A stretch of DNA of 64,000 bases from an uncultured bacterium (lineage in GTDB: Bacteria > Fidelibacterota > Marinisomatia > Marinisomatales > UBA1611). The stretch is from the NCBI GenBank assembly GCA_943788175.1, contig CALSPG010000005.1, positions 448,001 to 512,000 of the forward strand. The letters run 5' to 3'. The stretch's first letter is position 1. The number at the start of each line of letters is the position of its first letter. The notes beneath the pieces are model-generated. The model was not told where the DNA came from, did not search any database, and saw nothing but the letters and a program-made list of their open reading frames with translations. Both the position numbers and the translations under genes were made by a program. Below, piece by piece: positions 20,243-30,791 of the stretch.

Positions 20243-20707
20243 ATGAATCGAAGAAACTTTATCAAAAAATCTAGTTTTGCAGCATGTGCCTGTGTTAGCG
20301 TTTCAGCACTAAGCTTTCTGCAAAGTTGTGAAGATAATACAGCTTATGATCAAAATACTGACAATGATGGTGATAATGATATTCAATTATCAGTGGATAT
20401 CTCACAAGACCCACATCGAAACCTAGAAGTCATTGGTGGAACATCTATCTTAGGTCCTAATGAAATTGACTCTAGAGGTCTGTTATTGGTTCGGATATCA
20501 GAAAATAATTTTAGAGTGTTGTCAAGAAGGTGTACCCACTCCTCCTATTCTGTTAATGACTTTAACAGTCAAGGCTTAGCGATGTGTAGTTCTGGACACG
20601 GAGGTGGTTTTAATGCGAATGGGAATGTGGTTTCTGGGCCACCATCAGCATCACTTTTATCTTACAGCTCATCATTCTCAAATAATATTCTCGTAATTTC
20701 AAAATAG
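20243..20707 (+). CDS. Tat-exported Rieske [2Fe-2S] domain lipoprotein
   Basis: NRRNFIK twin-arginine, FLQSC lipobox, CTH and CSSGH ligands, GPP. Confidence 0.8.
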   Translation: MNRRNFIKKSSFAACACVSVSALSFLQSCEDNTAYDQNTDNDGDNDIQLSVDISQDPHRNLEVIGGTSILGPNEIDSRGLLLVRISENNFRVLSRRCTHSSYSVNDFNSQGLAMCSSGHGGGFNANGNVVSGPPSASLLSYSSSFSNNILVISK

Positions 20708-20719
20708 AGGAGTTTTATC

Positions 20720-20920
20720 ATGCTTAACCATATCAATTATTTTATTCTTTCAGTTATTCTTTTCGAACTGGTCTCATTATCTGCAGGTTTTGGCACTCAT
20801 TTCGAACATTACAAATATGCTGTCATGTTAAGTATCGTAGTTCTAAACTGTATAGTATCTAGTAGAAGCAGAAATTTAGAGATGGTTAAACAATTTCTAA
20901 ATTCAAATAAAAGGAGTTAA
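20720..20920 (+). CDS. Hypothetical 2-TM protein
   Basis: Strong SD (agaggag) upstream; two hydrophobic segments. Confidence 0.5.
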   Translation: MLNHINYFILSVILFELVSLSAGFGTHFEHYKYAVMLSIVVLNCIVSSRSRNLEMVKQFLNSNKRS

Positions 20921-20923
20921 CAA

Positions 20924-21298
20924 ATGAAAACTAAACTTATCTTTTCAATCGCGTTATTTAGTATCTTTGTATTCAATCAACTAAGTGCTGGTTGTGGTTC
21001 CTGTGCCGCTGATAAAAGGAAGACATCCAAAGCATTTATAGAGATGATTCCATCAAGTGGTAAAATTAATGGTAAAGCATTTGCTTCATGTGGTATGTGC
21101 AATTTTGAATCAGGAGACAGATCCTGTGGCGTATCACTTAAAATAGGTAAAGATGTTGTTAAAGTAGTAAATGTTGATATTGATGCCCAAATTGATTCAC
21201 ATGCTAAGGATGGTTTTTGTAACGTTGTTAGAATTGTAAACGTTGAAGGTAAAGTTAAAAACAATAAATTTTACGCAGACTCTTTTTTAATTCAATAA
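20924..21298 (+). CDS. Cys-rich exported protein, DUF6370-like
   Basis: Signal peptide; SCGMCNF, SCG, DSHAKDGFCN, VEGKV...FYADSF; SD aaggag. Confidence 0.7.
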   Translation: MKTKLIFSIALFSIFVFNQLSAGCGSCAADKRKTSKAFIEMIPSSGKINGKAFASCGMCNFESGDRSCGVSLKIGKDVVKVVNVDIDAQIDSHAKDGFCNVVRIVNVEGKVKNNKFYADSFLIQ

Positions 21299-21307
21299 AA
21301 TTAAAAA

Positions 21308-22678
21308 TTACTTTTTTATTTTCTTAACATAGTACACCGTCCCAGTTGCGGTCAAACTAATGCCTAGTAAAGAGGGTATTGGTGCGGTAATTAAAGTTAG
21401 TATTAAAAAAGAGCTATAAAGCACTAATACTATAATCATGCTTGCTGGATAAAGGAATGCTTTATAGGGTCTAGCTCTATCTGGAAACTTTTTTCTCAAA
21501 ACATATATAGATCCAAATGTAAGAATATTAAAGATTGTGCTTGTAGCGGAGAAAAAATCTATAACCGTCTCATACATATTATTTCCAGTACTTCCAGATT
21601 GAAAATAATTTGATAATATTGCACCTGTAAGTAAAACGGTTGCCCATATTCCTTGGCCAATTAAAGCGTTATTTGGTGTAGCATAGACGGGGTGAAGTTT
21701 TTTAAAGCTATCAAAAAAGAGGCCATCCCTAGCCATGGCGTGCCATGATCTACCTTTGCATAAAATTTGAGTACTAATGTTACCGAAGGCGTTAATTGCA
21801 ACTGCTATAGAAATAAGTATTCCACCAGTAGCGCCCAAGACAACCTCGACTGCTTTTGTTGCAACCCATTTATTCTGTTTTATTGTTTCGACATCTAATT
21901 GATATAGATATCCAACATTCGCTCCTATGTATAGAACCATAATTCCACTAATACCAAGGAACAGTGAAAGGGGAAGCGTCTTTCCGGGGTTTTTTACCTC
22001 TTCTGCCATGTAGGTTGCTCCCTCCCAGCCACTAAAAGCAAAAAAAGAATATCGAAGCGCTGCACCAATGGCTAATATTGTCGACCAGCCAAAATCTTCT
22101 GGCCAAAATGAATCTGTAAAGTGAGCAACATTTCCAGTACTAAATCCAGTTAATGTGATTCCAATTATTGCACCAACTGCAGCAACCTTAGTTACGCCAA
22201 AGACTATTTGAAATTTGCCACTTAATTTTACACCAAATAGATTGATTGTGGTTAATAACCATATTGTAAAAAGGGATAATAAAAACGTCGGAAATATCCC
22301 AAAAGGGGTACCTGTTAGAATTTGATAAATTGCATTAATAAATTCTGTAAAAACAAGAGCGACAGCAACAATGGAAGCGGTCTCTGAAACAAAAAACATT
22401 GCCCACCCTCGTAAGAATGCTAGATAGGGTCCATAAGCTTCCTTCAAAAAAACGTAGGGCCCTCCGGATTTTGGAATCATTGCCGTTAGTTCTGCATAAA
22501 CCACGGCACCAAAAATAGTAATTACGCCACCGAGAACCCATACGAGTCCAAACAAAGAAGTACAACCGACGAGAGCCATGATAGGGGCCGGCGTTCTAAA
22601 AATACCTGAACCAATAATTCGACTGATAACAATCGAAGTAGACTCTTTAATTCCTAGGTTTTTTTTATATTCAGTCAA
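21308..22678 (-). CDS. APC-family amino acid permease (LAT/SteT-like)
   Basis: IIGSGIF, YAEL..MIPKSGG, FAFSGWE, EEVKNP. Confidence 0.92.
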   Translation of the reverse strand: MTEYKKNLGIKESTSIVISRIIGSGIFRTPAPIMALVGCTSLFGLVWVLGGVITIFGAVVYAELTAMIPKSGGPYVFLKEAYGPYLAFLRGWAMFFVSETASIVAVALVFTEFINAIYQILTGTPFGIFPTFLLSLFTIWLLTTINLFGVKLSGKFQIVFGVTKVAAVGAIIGITLTGFSTGNVAHFTDSFWPEDFGWSTILAIGAALRYSFFAFSGWEGATYMAEEVKNPGKTLPLSLFLGISGIMVLYIGANVGYLYQLDVETIKQNKWVATKAVEVVLGATGGILISIAVAINAFGNISTQILCKGRSWHAMARDGLFFDSFKKLHPVYATPNNALIGQGIWATVLLTGAILSNYFQSGSTGNNMYETVIDFFSATSTIFNILTFGSIYVLRKKFPDRARPYKAFLYPASMIIVLVLYSSFLILTLITAPIPSLLGISLTATGTVYYVKKIKK

Positions 22679-23226
22679 GCGATAAAGATAAGTTTACAAA
22701 TATAAACTGCGGCAATTACTCCTACCGTATCTGCAATTAATCCGGCAATCAAAGCATGCCTTGATTTTCTAATTCCTACGGATCCAAAATAGACAGCTAA
22801 CACATAGAATGTTGTTTCAGTAGACCCAAACATTGTCGCACCAATCTTTGTATAGATTGAGTCTGTTCCATATTCATTTACTAAATCTGTAAAGAGTCCT
22901 AACGACCCGCTTCCAGAAAGTGGTCTCATCATTGCTAGTGGGACATTTTCCGCTGGGAAGCCTATAACATTTAAAATTGGTGAAATAAGGGATATAAATA
23001 ATTCCATTGCTCCTGAAGCTCTAAACATTCCAACCGCAACAAGAATCGCGACGAGATAGGGAATAATTCTAAGGGCAATATCGAAACCATCTTTTGCTCC
23101 TTCAACGAACGATTCATAAACCTTTACTTTTTTGACTATTAATCCGTAGAAAGGAATGCCAACAAGCAAAAAAGGTATGATATACTTAGACATTTGATTT
23201 GTAATAAAGATAAGGCTTTCGGTCAT
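22675..23226 (-). CDS. spmB: SpmB-like Gate-domain membrane protein
   Basis: YESFVEGAK, IIPYLV, RPLSGSG, GSTETTFYVLAVYFG. Confidence 0.9.
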   Translation of the reverse strand: MTESLIFITNQMSKYIIPFLLVGIPFYGLIVKKVKVYESFVEGAKDGFDIALRIIPYLVAILVAVGMFRASGAMELFISLISPILNVIGFPAENVPLAMMRPLSGSGSLGLFTDLVNEYGTDSIYTKIGATMFGSTETTFYVLAVYFGSVGIRKSRHALIAGLIADTVGVIAAVYICKLIFIA

Positions 23227-23819
23227 TATTTAGTTTCCTGTCTTATCTTAAATCTGTCCATCTTGGATAAAAACTTTACAGAAAAAATAGCAGCAATCGT
23301 TGACATGCTTGTTGCAAAAATAGTTGTAATAAAAATTTCACTTGAAGACGCGCCCATCAGGCCAACTACCGTTGCCGGTAATATTATTTGAACACTTGAA
23401 GTATTAATGGCTAAAAATGTGCACATAGCATCAGTTGCAGTATCTTTTTGTTCGTTCAGCTCTTGGAGCTCTTTCATCGCTTTTAAGCCAAGCGGCGTGG
23501 CAGCGTTGCCCAGTCCTAGCATATTAGCTGCCATATTTAAAACGATTGATCCCATTGCTGGGTGATTGACAGGAACATCTGGAAATAGTCTGATCGTTAT
23601 TGGTTTAATAATTTTCGCAATGATTTTTATAAGTCCAGACTCTTCAGCTATTTTCATTATGCCCAACCATAGAGCCATGATCCCGATTAATCCGATAGCA
23701 ATTTCTACTGCGGTTTTTGACATTGAAATAGCAGCCTCTGTTACTAAATCTATTCTACCAGTTATTGTACCCACGACAACAGAAATAAAAATAAGACCGA
23801 ACCAAATGTAATTAAGCAT
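23226..23819 (-). CDS. spmA: SpmA-like Gate-domain membrane protein
   Basis: MLNYIW, LWLGIMKIAE, LFPDVP, NMLGLGNAATPLG, FLAINTS. Confidence 0.9.
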   Translation of the reverse strand: MLNYIWFGLIFISVVVGTITGRIDLVTEAAISMSKTAVEIAIGLIGIMALWLGIMKIAEESGLIKIIAKIIKPITIRLFPDVPVNHPAMGSIVLNMAANMLGLGNAATPLGLKAMKELQELNEQKDTATDAMCTFLAINTSSVQIILPATVVGLMGASSSEIFITTIFATSMSTIAAIFSVKFLSKMDRFKIRQETK

Positions 23820-23824
23820 AAAAA

Positions 23825-24757
23825 CTATATCTCAACTGCGTTATCAATTATAGTAACCATTGCTTCTTTGTTTGCAGTATCTATTTCAGTAGTCACTGAT
23901 ATAGGAAGCGTCGATTGAAATTTACCATGGCCACAAGGGAAGTTAGATATAATTGGAATATTTAAATCGCCACAAATATCTAAAATAATTTGGTCTGTAT
24001 TTCTCCCAAATTTTATTTCTTGATCTTTCATATCTTTTAGTTCGCCAAAAATTAAGCCTTTAATATTGTCAAACATTCTGGCATTACGCATTTGTACCAG
24101 CATTCTTTCAAAAGAATATAAATACTCATCAATATCCTCAAGAAATAATATAGATCCATTTGTATTTAATTCTTCAACTGAACCTAATCTATTCGTTAGT
24201 AGGCACATATTTCCGCCCCATAAAGGTCCTATTGCTTTTCCTTCTTTTAATATCCTTGGCTCAAGATCATTTGGGCTAAATAGTTTAATAAATTTTTCAC
24301 CAAATAATACCCGCTGCATCAAACCATAATTATACTCAATCCATGACTCTTTATAGGTTGTTAACATTGGGCCGTGAAATGTTACTAAATTAGTTTTTTG
24401 AGTTATGGAGGTTAAAAATGCCGTTATATCGCTATATCCAATGAAAATTTTAGGATTCTCGGCTATGATTTTATAATCGAGAAGAGGGAGAACTCTATTT
24501 GCACCATATCCACCTCTAGCACACATGATAGCATCTATTTTAGAATCTTCAAACATAGTATGAATGTCATCGGCTCTTTCTTGCGGTGTACCTGCAAAAG
24601 GTCCCCATTTTAACTTATTACTTTTTCCAAATACGATTTTATAGCCAAGCTCTGAAAAATATTTTGATGTTGAAAGTAAAGTTTCTTCATCAAGCCAAAA
24701 GGAAGGACTAATAATTCCTATCGTTGAATTTTTATGTAGAGCTTTAGGCTTAATCAT
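23825..24757 (-). CDS. LD-carboxypeptidase (peptidase S66), no signal peptide
   Basis: RGGYGANR, IGYSDITA, FLED, PCGHG. Confidence 0.92.
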   Translation of the reverse strand: MIKPKALHKNSTIGIISPSFWLDEETLLSTSKYFSELGYKIVFGKSNKLKWGPFAGTPQERADDIHTMFEDSKIDAIMCARGGYGANRVLPLLDYKIIAENPKIFIGYSDITAFLTSITQKTNLVTFHGPMLTTYKESWIEYNYGLMQRVLFGEKFIKLFSPNDLEPRILKEGKAIGPLWGGNMCLLTNRLGSVEELNTNGSILFLEDIDEYLYSFERMLVQMRNARMFDNIKGLIFGELKDMKDQEIKFGRNTDQIILDICGDLNIPIISNFPCGHGKFQSTLPISVTTEIDTANKEAMVTIIDNAVEI

Positions 24758-26162
24758 ATATAACTGCCTTTACGATTTGGTTTTGCAGTCGGGTGTATTT
24801 TGAGGATGAACCTATATAGCCATTCATTAAAATAGAAAACGCTACATCTCCATATTTTTGAGAGGTGATATATCCAGCTAGGTTTCGAGCGCCAGAAAGT
24901 CCTCCCGTTTTCGCTCGAACTAACCCGGCTTCAGATGTTAGCCTTTTTTCTAAAGTACTTTTTGGCCAGCCTCCTCCAGGTAAGGTATAAATGAAATCAT
25001 CTTTATAGTCACTTTTATACATCCATTTTAGCAACTCTATTAATTGAGCTGAACTAGTTAGGTTATAGCGAGAGACTCCTGAACCATCCGCTAATCTAAT
25101 ATTAGAGGTATCTATTAACACTTCTCTTGCTAAAAAAGATTTAACACTGTCTAAGCCTGTTTTCCATGTACCTGGTAATGTATCTAAAGCGCCTATTGAT
25201 TTAATAAAAAGTTCTGCTGTTAAATTATCGCTCTCGTTCATTAGATTTTTTGCTGATACAAGTAATGAATCTGAATGATGTTCAATTAAATCAAAATAGC
25301 CATCAGAATTTTTAGAAATTACTGATAGATGCTTTACCGTAGACCCGTTCTTTTTTAGAAGCTCTTTGAAAATTGTCCCAACAAAAATACTTGGGTTATT
25401 AATATTTCTATAGAATGTATCAATTCTAGCCGTATCCATGATTTCACCATATATATTAAAATCATTTTTTGAATTCACCCAATTTCGATCAATTCTGATT
25501 TTTTTAAAATCGAGAGTGTCGTTAACGGTCAAAGATTCATTTAAAACATTTATATAAGATGTTTTAGGAAAATAATTTACTACTGCATTTTGGCCTAATG
25601 GTCCAGGTTCTATATAAAAATTAACGCAGTTGTCATTTATGGATAATGCGCTAATCGGAGCTGCGTACCACCATGGACCTTCATCCCACATCCAACCTTC
25701 CCCATAGTTTAAGCTATCTAAAAAAGAATCATCAACGAAAAGGGTGTCGATGTTTTTATATTTTTTTGAGACTTCAATAGAAAGCGAATCTAGTTGCTCT
25801 ATTTTTAAATCTGGATCAGCGCCACCTCTCAAAATAAGATTATTTTTTCTTGCCAAAACTTGTGTTGTGAAACGGTAGTCCTTACCTAAATAATACAATG
25901 ACGCTGCACAGGTGTACAATTTATTCGTACTAGCAGGCATCAAAAGTTTTTGACTATTATAATTATAGAGCGTTTTATCATCGCTAAGCGAAACGACTTG
26001 GATACTCATATTTAGATCAACTCCTGAGTCCACAATTAGTTTATTTATTTTTTTTATCAATGCAGTAGATCCCTCCATTCTATATAGTGAGCTCGGAGGG
26101 GTGCAAGAAATGTAGATATTCAATAAAAGAATTAAACTTAAAGTATGAATTGATTTAATCAT
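24750..26162 (-). CDS. dacB: D-Ala-D-Ala carboxypeptidase/endopeptidase PBP4 (peptidase S13), lipoprotein
   Basis: PASTNK (SxxK), ESDN (SxN), DGSGVSRYN, AKTG. Confidence 0.93.
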   Translation of the reverse strand: MIKSIHTLSLILLLNIYISCTPPSSLYRMEGSTALIKKINKLIVDSGVDLNMSIQVVSLSDDKTLYNYNSQKLLMPASTNKLYTCAASLYYLGKDYRFTTQVLARKNNLILRGGADPDLKIEQLDSLSIEVSKKYKNIDTLFVDDSFLDSLNYGEGWMWDEGPWWYAAPISALSINDNCVNFYIEPGPLGQNAVVNYFPKTSYINVLNESLTVNDTLDFKKIRIDRNWVNSKNDFNIYGEIMDTARIDTFYRNINNPSIFVGTIFKELLKKNGSTVKHLSVISKNSDGYFDLIEHHSDSLLVSAKNLMNESDNLTAELFIKSIGALDTLPGTWKTGLDSVKSFLAREVLIDTSNIRLADGSGVSRYNLTSSAQLIELLKWMYKSDYKDDFIYTLPGGGWPKSTLEKRLTSEAGLVRAKTGGLSGARNLAGYITSQKYGDVAFSILMNGYIGSSSKYTRLQNQIVKAVIYD

Positions 26163-26818
26163 TTTAATGAAAATAGGAAGCTATCTAAAAGCATATGGCC
26201 AAAATCAAAGGACTCTTGGATACCTTTTGGCCCCATTTTATGCTCTTTTACAAATGAATTAGTGGCTTCTAAGTGGGCCTGAAACCCCCATATAGGTTTG
26301 TTATTACTAGCAATTGCTTCAATGGAGACCATATCGCTAGATGCTAGAATTGAAAAGTCAGGTGGTATATTTGTGACACCATCTTGATGAGAATAAAGTA
26401 GGTGACCAGATTTTGGTTTGCCCCATATCAGACTTTCTTTTAATTCGACAACTCTATTGCCCTGTTTTATTTCTCCATTCCACAAAGGTCCAACTTTTCC
26501 TCCAAAAACTTTACCTATTAATTGATGTCCGTAGCACAGTCCTAGAATAGGAATATCATTTTTGGATGCATCTAAAAGAATTTCAACAATTTTGTCCTGC
26601 CATGTATTTTCATCATTTACTGATGTTGCGCTACCAAGAATAATAATACCATTTGTTGAGCTAGTATCATATTCTTTAAATAAACTATCAGTATTGTAGA
26701 GTGCAGGTAAATGGTATGTGACAGGCGAGAGTGCTACTTTAGATATACGATTAAAGGATTCAATACAAGGAGTGATAGCCGCGGGGTCGATCACCATAAG
26801 ACTTCGATTATTTTTCAT
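26159..26818 (-). CDS. Stand-alone class I glutamine amidotransferase-like protein
   Basis: GLCYGHQ nucleophile elbow, SHQD, QAHLE. Confidence 0.85.
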   Translation of the reverse strand: MKNNRSLMVIDPAAITPCIESFNRISKVALSPVTYHLPALYNTDSLFKEYDTSSTNGIIILGSATSVNDENTWQDKIVEILLDASKNDIPILGLCYGHQLIGKVFGGKVGPLWNGEIKQGNRVVELKESLIWGKPKSGHLLYSHQDGVTNIPPDFSILASSDMVSIEAIASNNKPIWGFQAHLEATNSFVKEHKMGPKGIQESFDFGHMLLDSFLFSLK

Positions 26819-27009
26819 GATAGTTAATTAATTGTAATCCCTAAGAGTTCAAAAGTAGTGTATTTTTAATATTTGTATGAACTTTTATTTATTTTAAAAA
26901 TTATCTTATTTAAGATAGAAGGTGCTATTTAGAAGTATTAATAAATTTATTATGATTCTCTTTTCAAGACAAATTTCAAAATTAAATTTTTTATTTAAGG
27001 GGGTTTATA

Positions 27010-30000
27010 TTGTTTAAAAGGGGTCTGTTTATATCATTAATGATAATCATTTTTTTAGTAGGCTGTGATTCCTTTCGAAATAAGACTGATATAAAAATAT
27101 CTGTTTCATTGAAGGATAAATCTAGAATCAATTCCCTTATTTCAGAGCAACAAATTTTATCTGCTGAGCCATTTAATCGGAAGTCAAAAAAGAAAAGTAA
27201 ATCAAATATCTATTTACATATTGATTCCAATAGAACAGGTATTAATTTTATAAATAAATGGAGTCCGGGTCCCCAATATGAAAATCAACTTGAGAATTCT
27301 TTTATATCTGCTGGTGTAGCAATAGGCGATTATAACAATGATGGCCTGCAAGACGTTTTTCTATCTAGGCAGCAAGATGGAGGAAGGTTATATAAAAATT
27401 TAGGTGGAATGCAATTCGAGGATGTCACAGAAATTACAGGCATTTTAGACAATGAAATGTGGAGTACAGGCGTTTCTTTTATTGATATCAATAATGATGG
27501 TTGGTTAGACATATATGTTTGTGGTTTTGATAGTCACAATAAATTATATATTAATACAAAAGGAAAATTTGAAGAGAAAGCGAAGGCTTATGGTCTTGAC
27601 TACAAGGGTGCAAGTGTTATGATGGCCTTTGCAGATTATGATAATGACGGAGATCTTGATGCATACCTACTTACAAATAGATTAACTATGAGTAATGACT
27701 CTGTTATTACAAAAATAACAGGAAGTAAAAATGGAAAACTTCAAGTAGAGGAAGAATATAAAGAGCTTGGATATTTTTTAGAGAGACCGGGCACCTATCC
27801 AGCTTTAATTAATGCTGGTCAGTATGATTATCTTTATAAAAACGAAAATGGATATTTTAAAGATATAACAGCGGAGTCTGGAATAGGAAAAAATCCGTAC
27901 TATGGTTTATCAGCAACATGGTGGGATTATAATAATGATGGTAGACCAGATCTATATGTAGCAAATGATTTTATGGGGCCGGATCATCTGTTTAAAAATA
28001 TGGGACTAAATGAAAATGGCATTGTACAGTTTCTAGATGTAACAGATGAGGCTGTTCCTTACACGCCTTGGTTTTCAATGGGATCTGATTACAGTGATAT
28101 TAATAATGATGGTAAAATAGATTTCATGGCATCGGATATGGCGGGTAGTAATCATTACAGGGATAAAGTTTCTATGGGGGCAATGACGGGGCCTAACAGC
28201 GAAGCTTGGTTTCTTAATTTCCCTAATCCTCCACAATATATGCGGAATATGGTTTATCTAAATACGGGTACGAATAGATTTATGGAAGTGGGATATCTTT
28301 CTGGCTTATCCGCAACGGATTGGACTTGGACAGTGAAATTTGGTGACCTGGATAATGATGGTTATGAGGATGTTTATTTTACTAATGGCATGTCACGTGA
28401 TTTTGGGAATGGGGATGCAAAAGATCGATTTCGAAGTCAAAAAAGTAAATCAGCGAATAATTTTGATTTTTGGAATGACCAAGAACCATACAAGCTTAAA
28501 AATATGGTTTTCAAAAATTTAGGAGATTTAAAATTTGATGATGTCAGTTCAAACTGGGGTCTAGATTATCTTGGTGTAAGTACTGGCTCTGCTCTTGGAG
28601 ACCTTGATGGCGATGGAGATTTAGATATAATAATGAATGGTTTCGATGAAGCAGTTCGTTTGTATGATAATAATCTAAATGACAAAAACTCTATACGTCT
28701 AGAGTTAATAGGAAAAGAAACAAATAGTCGAGGTCTAGGAGCTAGAGTTGAAATGCATTATAACGAAAGTTCAAAGACGATGACTAGATATGTCTCGAGC
28801 TCAAGAGGTTTTATGTCATCGAGTGAATCTATAATTCATTTTGGTCTTGGAGTTTATGAAAAAGCGGACAAAATCACGATATCCTGGCCTTCTGGAATAG
28901 TTCAAATTCTTGAGGACATACCAGTGGGACACCTTTATACAGTAGCAGAAAAAAGTAATTCAAAAAACTTACAGTCAAAACATCAAACTATGTTTAAGAG
29001 AAGCAATGGATCGCTATCTAAGGTTAAGCATCGTGAAAAGATTTTTAATGATTTCAAAAGAGAAAAACTATTGCCAAATAAGTTATCACAACTTGGCTCT
29101 GGCGTTTCGTGGGGGGATGTTGATGGTGATGGTGATGACGATGCCTACCTTGGAGGCGCGTCTGGTTATAGCGGTAAAATTTATATTAATAATGGTTCAG
29201 GTGCTTTTGATTACCTACCCCAAAAAACGTTCATGAAAGATGCTCGGTATGAAGATATGGGCTCTATTTTTATTGACCCTGATAATGATGGTGATCTTGA
29301 TTTGTATGTAGTAAGTGGGGGGGTTGAGTGTGAGCAAAGAGATAAAATTTTACAAGATCGAATATATTTAAATGATGGGAGTGGTAATTATTCGCGTGGA
29401 TTTTCTGGTTTGTTGCCAAAAATGTATGATAGTGGTGGAATTGTTTCGGCTGCTGACATTGATAAAGATGGCAGACTTGAGCTATTCATTGGTGGAAGGG
29501 TCGTTCCAGGTAGCTATCCCCAAAGTCCTAGATCTTATATGTTAAAAAACATAGGGCCTAAGTATGTAGATGTCACAGATGGTATTGCACCAGGTTTAAA
29601 GCAAAAAGGCATGGTGACAAGTGCTATCTTTTCTGATGTGGATGGTGATAATTGGACCGATTTACTTATCTCATATGAATGGGGACCGATACGATTTTTT
29701 CGTAACAACTCAGGCAAGCTTGTAGAAGAAACAGAAAAAGTTGGACTTGGACAAAAACTTGGTTGGTTTAATAGTATCAGTGGAGGGGATATCGATAATG
29801 ACGGCGATACAGACTTCATCGTTGGGAACACTGGGTTTAATTCAAAATATAAAGCAACGAACGAAAATCCTGAATTATTATTTTATGGAGATTTTTATAG
29901 CAGTGGACAAAAAAATATAATTGAGGCAAAGTTTGAACAAAACGTTTGTTTGCCTCGAAGAGGGCTTAGTTGCTCAAGTAATGCAATGCCAATGATTAAA

Positions 30001-30747
30001 GAACAATTTTCTACGTATCATGACTTCGCAATTTCATCTGTTGAAGATATTTATTCAGAGGCGCTATTAAGATCTGCTGAGAAATTCGTTGCGAATGAGT
30101 TGGCTTCAGGTGTTTTGATAAATTCAAAAGATTCAAATGGTGATATTGTTTTTGAATTTCGTCCACTACCAAGAGTCGTCCAAGCAAGTCCAGTATTTGG
30201 CTCTAGTCTATGCGACGTAAACGGCGATGGCTATTTAGATTTATATGTCGTACAAAATTTTTCAGGTCCACAAAGAGAAACTGGCTACATGAAAGGAGGT
30301 GTAAGTCAGTTACTGTTAGGAGATGGAACAGGGGCGTTTAAACTTGTATCTCCAGACGAAAGCGGGTTAGTCGTTGCTGGGGACGCAACGACTCTCACTA
30401 CACATGATTTTAATCGCGATGGGAGTGTCGACTTTTTTGTTGGCGTAAACAATAGCAACTATGAGTTATTTATGAATCAAAAAAAGTCAGATTCTTATGC
30501 TCTAAGGTTACCTGATTTCCCAAAGGGACGTAAATATGCTGGTTCAAAAATCTGGGTCTATTATAAAAATAATTCTGTTCAGCTTCATGAGCTAAATATC
30601 GGGTCTGGTTATCTTTCGCAATCAGCTCCCATAGTGTTCTTAGGAAATAAAAAAAATATAGAAAAAGTTGTAGTACAGTGGGCAGATGGCACTATAAATA
30701 ATATTGATATAAATAAAAATATAAATAATGTTAATTCTATTAACTAA
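27010..30747 (+). CDS. FG-GAP/VCBS-repeat lipoprotein with two ASPIC/UnbV domains (CRTAC1-like)
   Basis: LVGC lipobox; many D-x-[ND]-N-D-G repeats; GFMSSSE..HFGLG..ISWPSG and GYLSQS..VQWADG. Confidence 0.85.
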   Translation: MFKRGLFISLMIIIFLVGCDSFRNKTDIKISVSLKDKSRINSLISEQQILSAEPFNRKSKKKSKSNIYLHIDSNRTGINFINKWSPGPQYENQLENSFISAGVAIGDYNNDGLQDVFLSRQQDGGRLYKNLGGMQFEDVTEITGILDNEMWSTGVSFIDINNDGWLDIYVCGFDSHNKLYINTKGKFEEKAKAYGLDYKGASVMMAFADYDNDGDLDAYLLTNRLTMSNDSVITKITGSKNGKLQVEEEYKELGYFLERPGTYPALINAGQYDYLYKNENGYFKDITAESGIGKNPYYGLSATWWDYNNDGRPDLYVANDFMGPDHLFKNMGLNENGIVQFLDVTDEAVPYTPWFSMGSDYSDINNDGKIDFMASDMAGSNHYRDKVSMGAMTGPNSEAWFLNFPNPPQYMRNMVYLNTGTNRFMEVGYLSGLSATDWTWTVKFGDLDNDGYEDVYFTNGMSRDFGNGDAKDRFRSQKSKSANNFDFWNDQEPYKLKNMVFKNLGDLKFDDVSSNWGLDYLGVSTGSALGDLDGDGDLDIIMNGFDEAVRLYDNNLNDKNSIRLELIGKETNSRGLGARVEMHYNESSKTMTRYVSSSRGFMSSSESIIHFGLGVYEKADKITISWPSGIVQILEDIPVGHLYTVAEKSNSKNLQSKHQTMFKRSNGSLSKVKHREKIFNDFKREKLLPNKLSQLGSGVSWGDVDGDGDDDAYLGGASGYSGKIYINNGSGAFDYLPQKTFMKDARYEDMGSIFIDPDNDGDLDLYVVSGGVECEQRDKILQDRIYLNDGSGNYSRGFSGLLPKMYDSGGIVSAADIDKDGRLELFIGGRVVPGSYPQSPRSYMLKNIGPKYVDVTDGIAPGLKQKGMVTSAIFSDVDGDNWTDLLISYEWGPIRFFRNNSGKLVEETEKVGLGQKLGWFNSISGGDIDNDGDTDFIVGNTGFNSKYKATNENPELLFYGDFYSSGQKNIIEAKFEQNVCLPRRGLSCSSNAMPMIKEQFSTYHDFAISSVEDIYSEALLRSAEKFVANELASGVLINSKDSNGDIVFEFRPLPRVVQASPVFGSSLCDVNGDGYLDLYVVQNFSGPQRETGYMKGGVSQLLLGDGTGAFKLVSPDESGLVVAGDATTLTTHDFNRDGSVDFFVGVNNSNYELFMNQKKSDSYALRLPDFPKGRKYAGSKIWVYYKNNSVQLHELNIGSGYLSQSAPIVFLGNKKNIEKVVVQWADGTINNIDINKNINNVNSIN

Positions 30748-30791
30748 TATTATAATATTGAAAAATTTATAAACTTTAACATTCAGAAAAG

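Noticed and set aside
22675-23819. spmA/spmB as evidence of sporulation
   Set aside because: Outer-membrane proteins indicate a diderm and no other sporulation genes are present; SpmAB homologues occur in non-sporulators.
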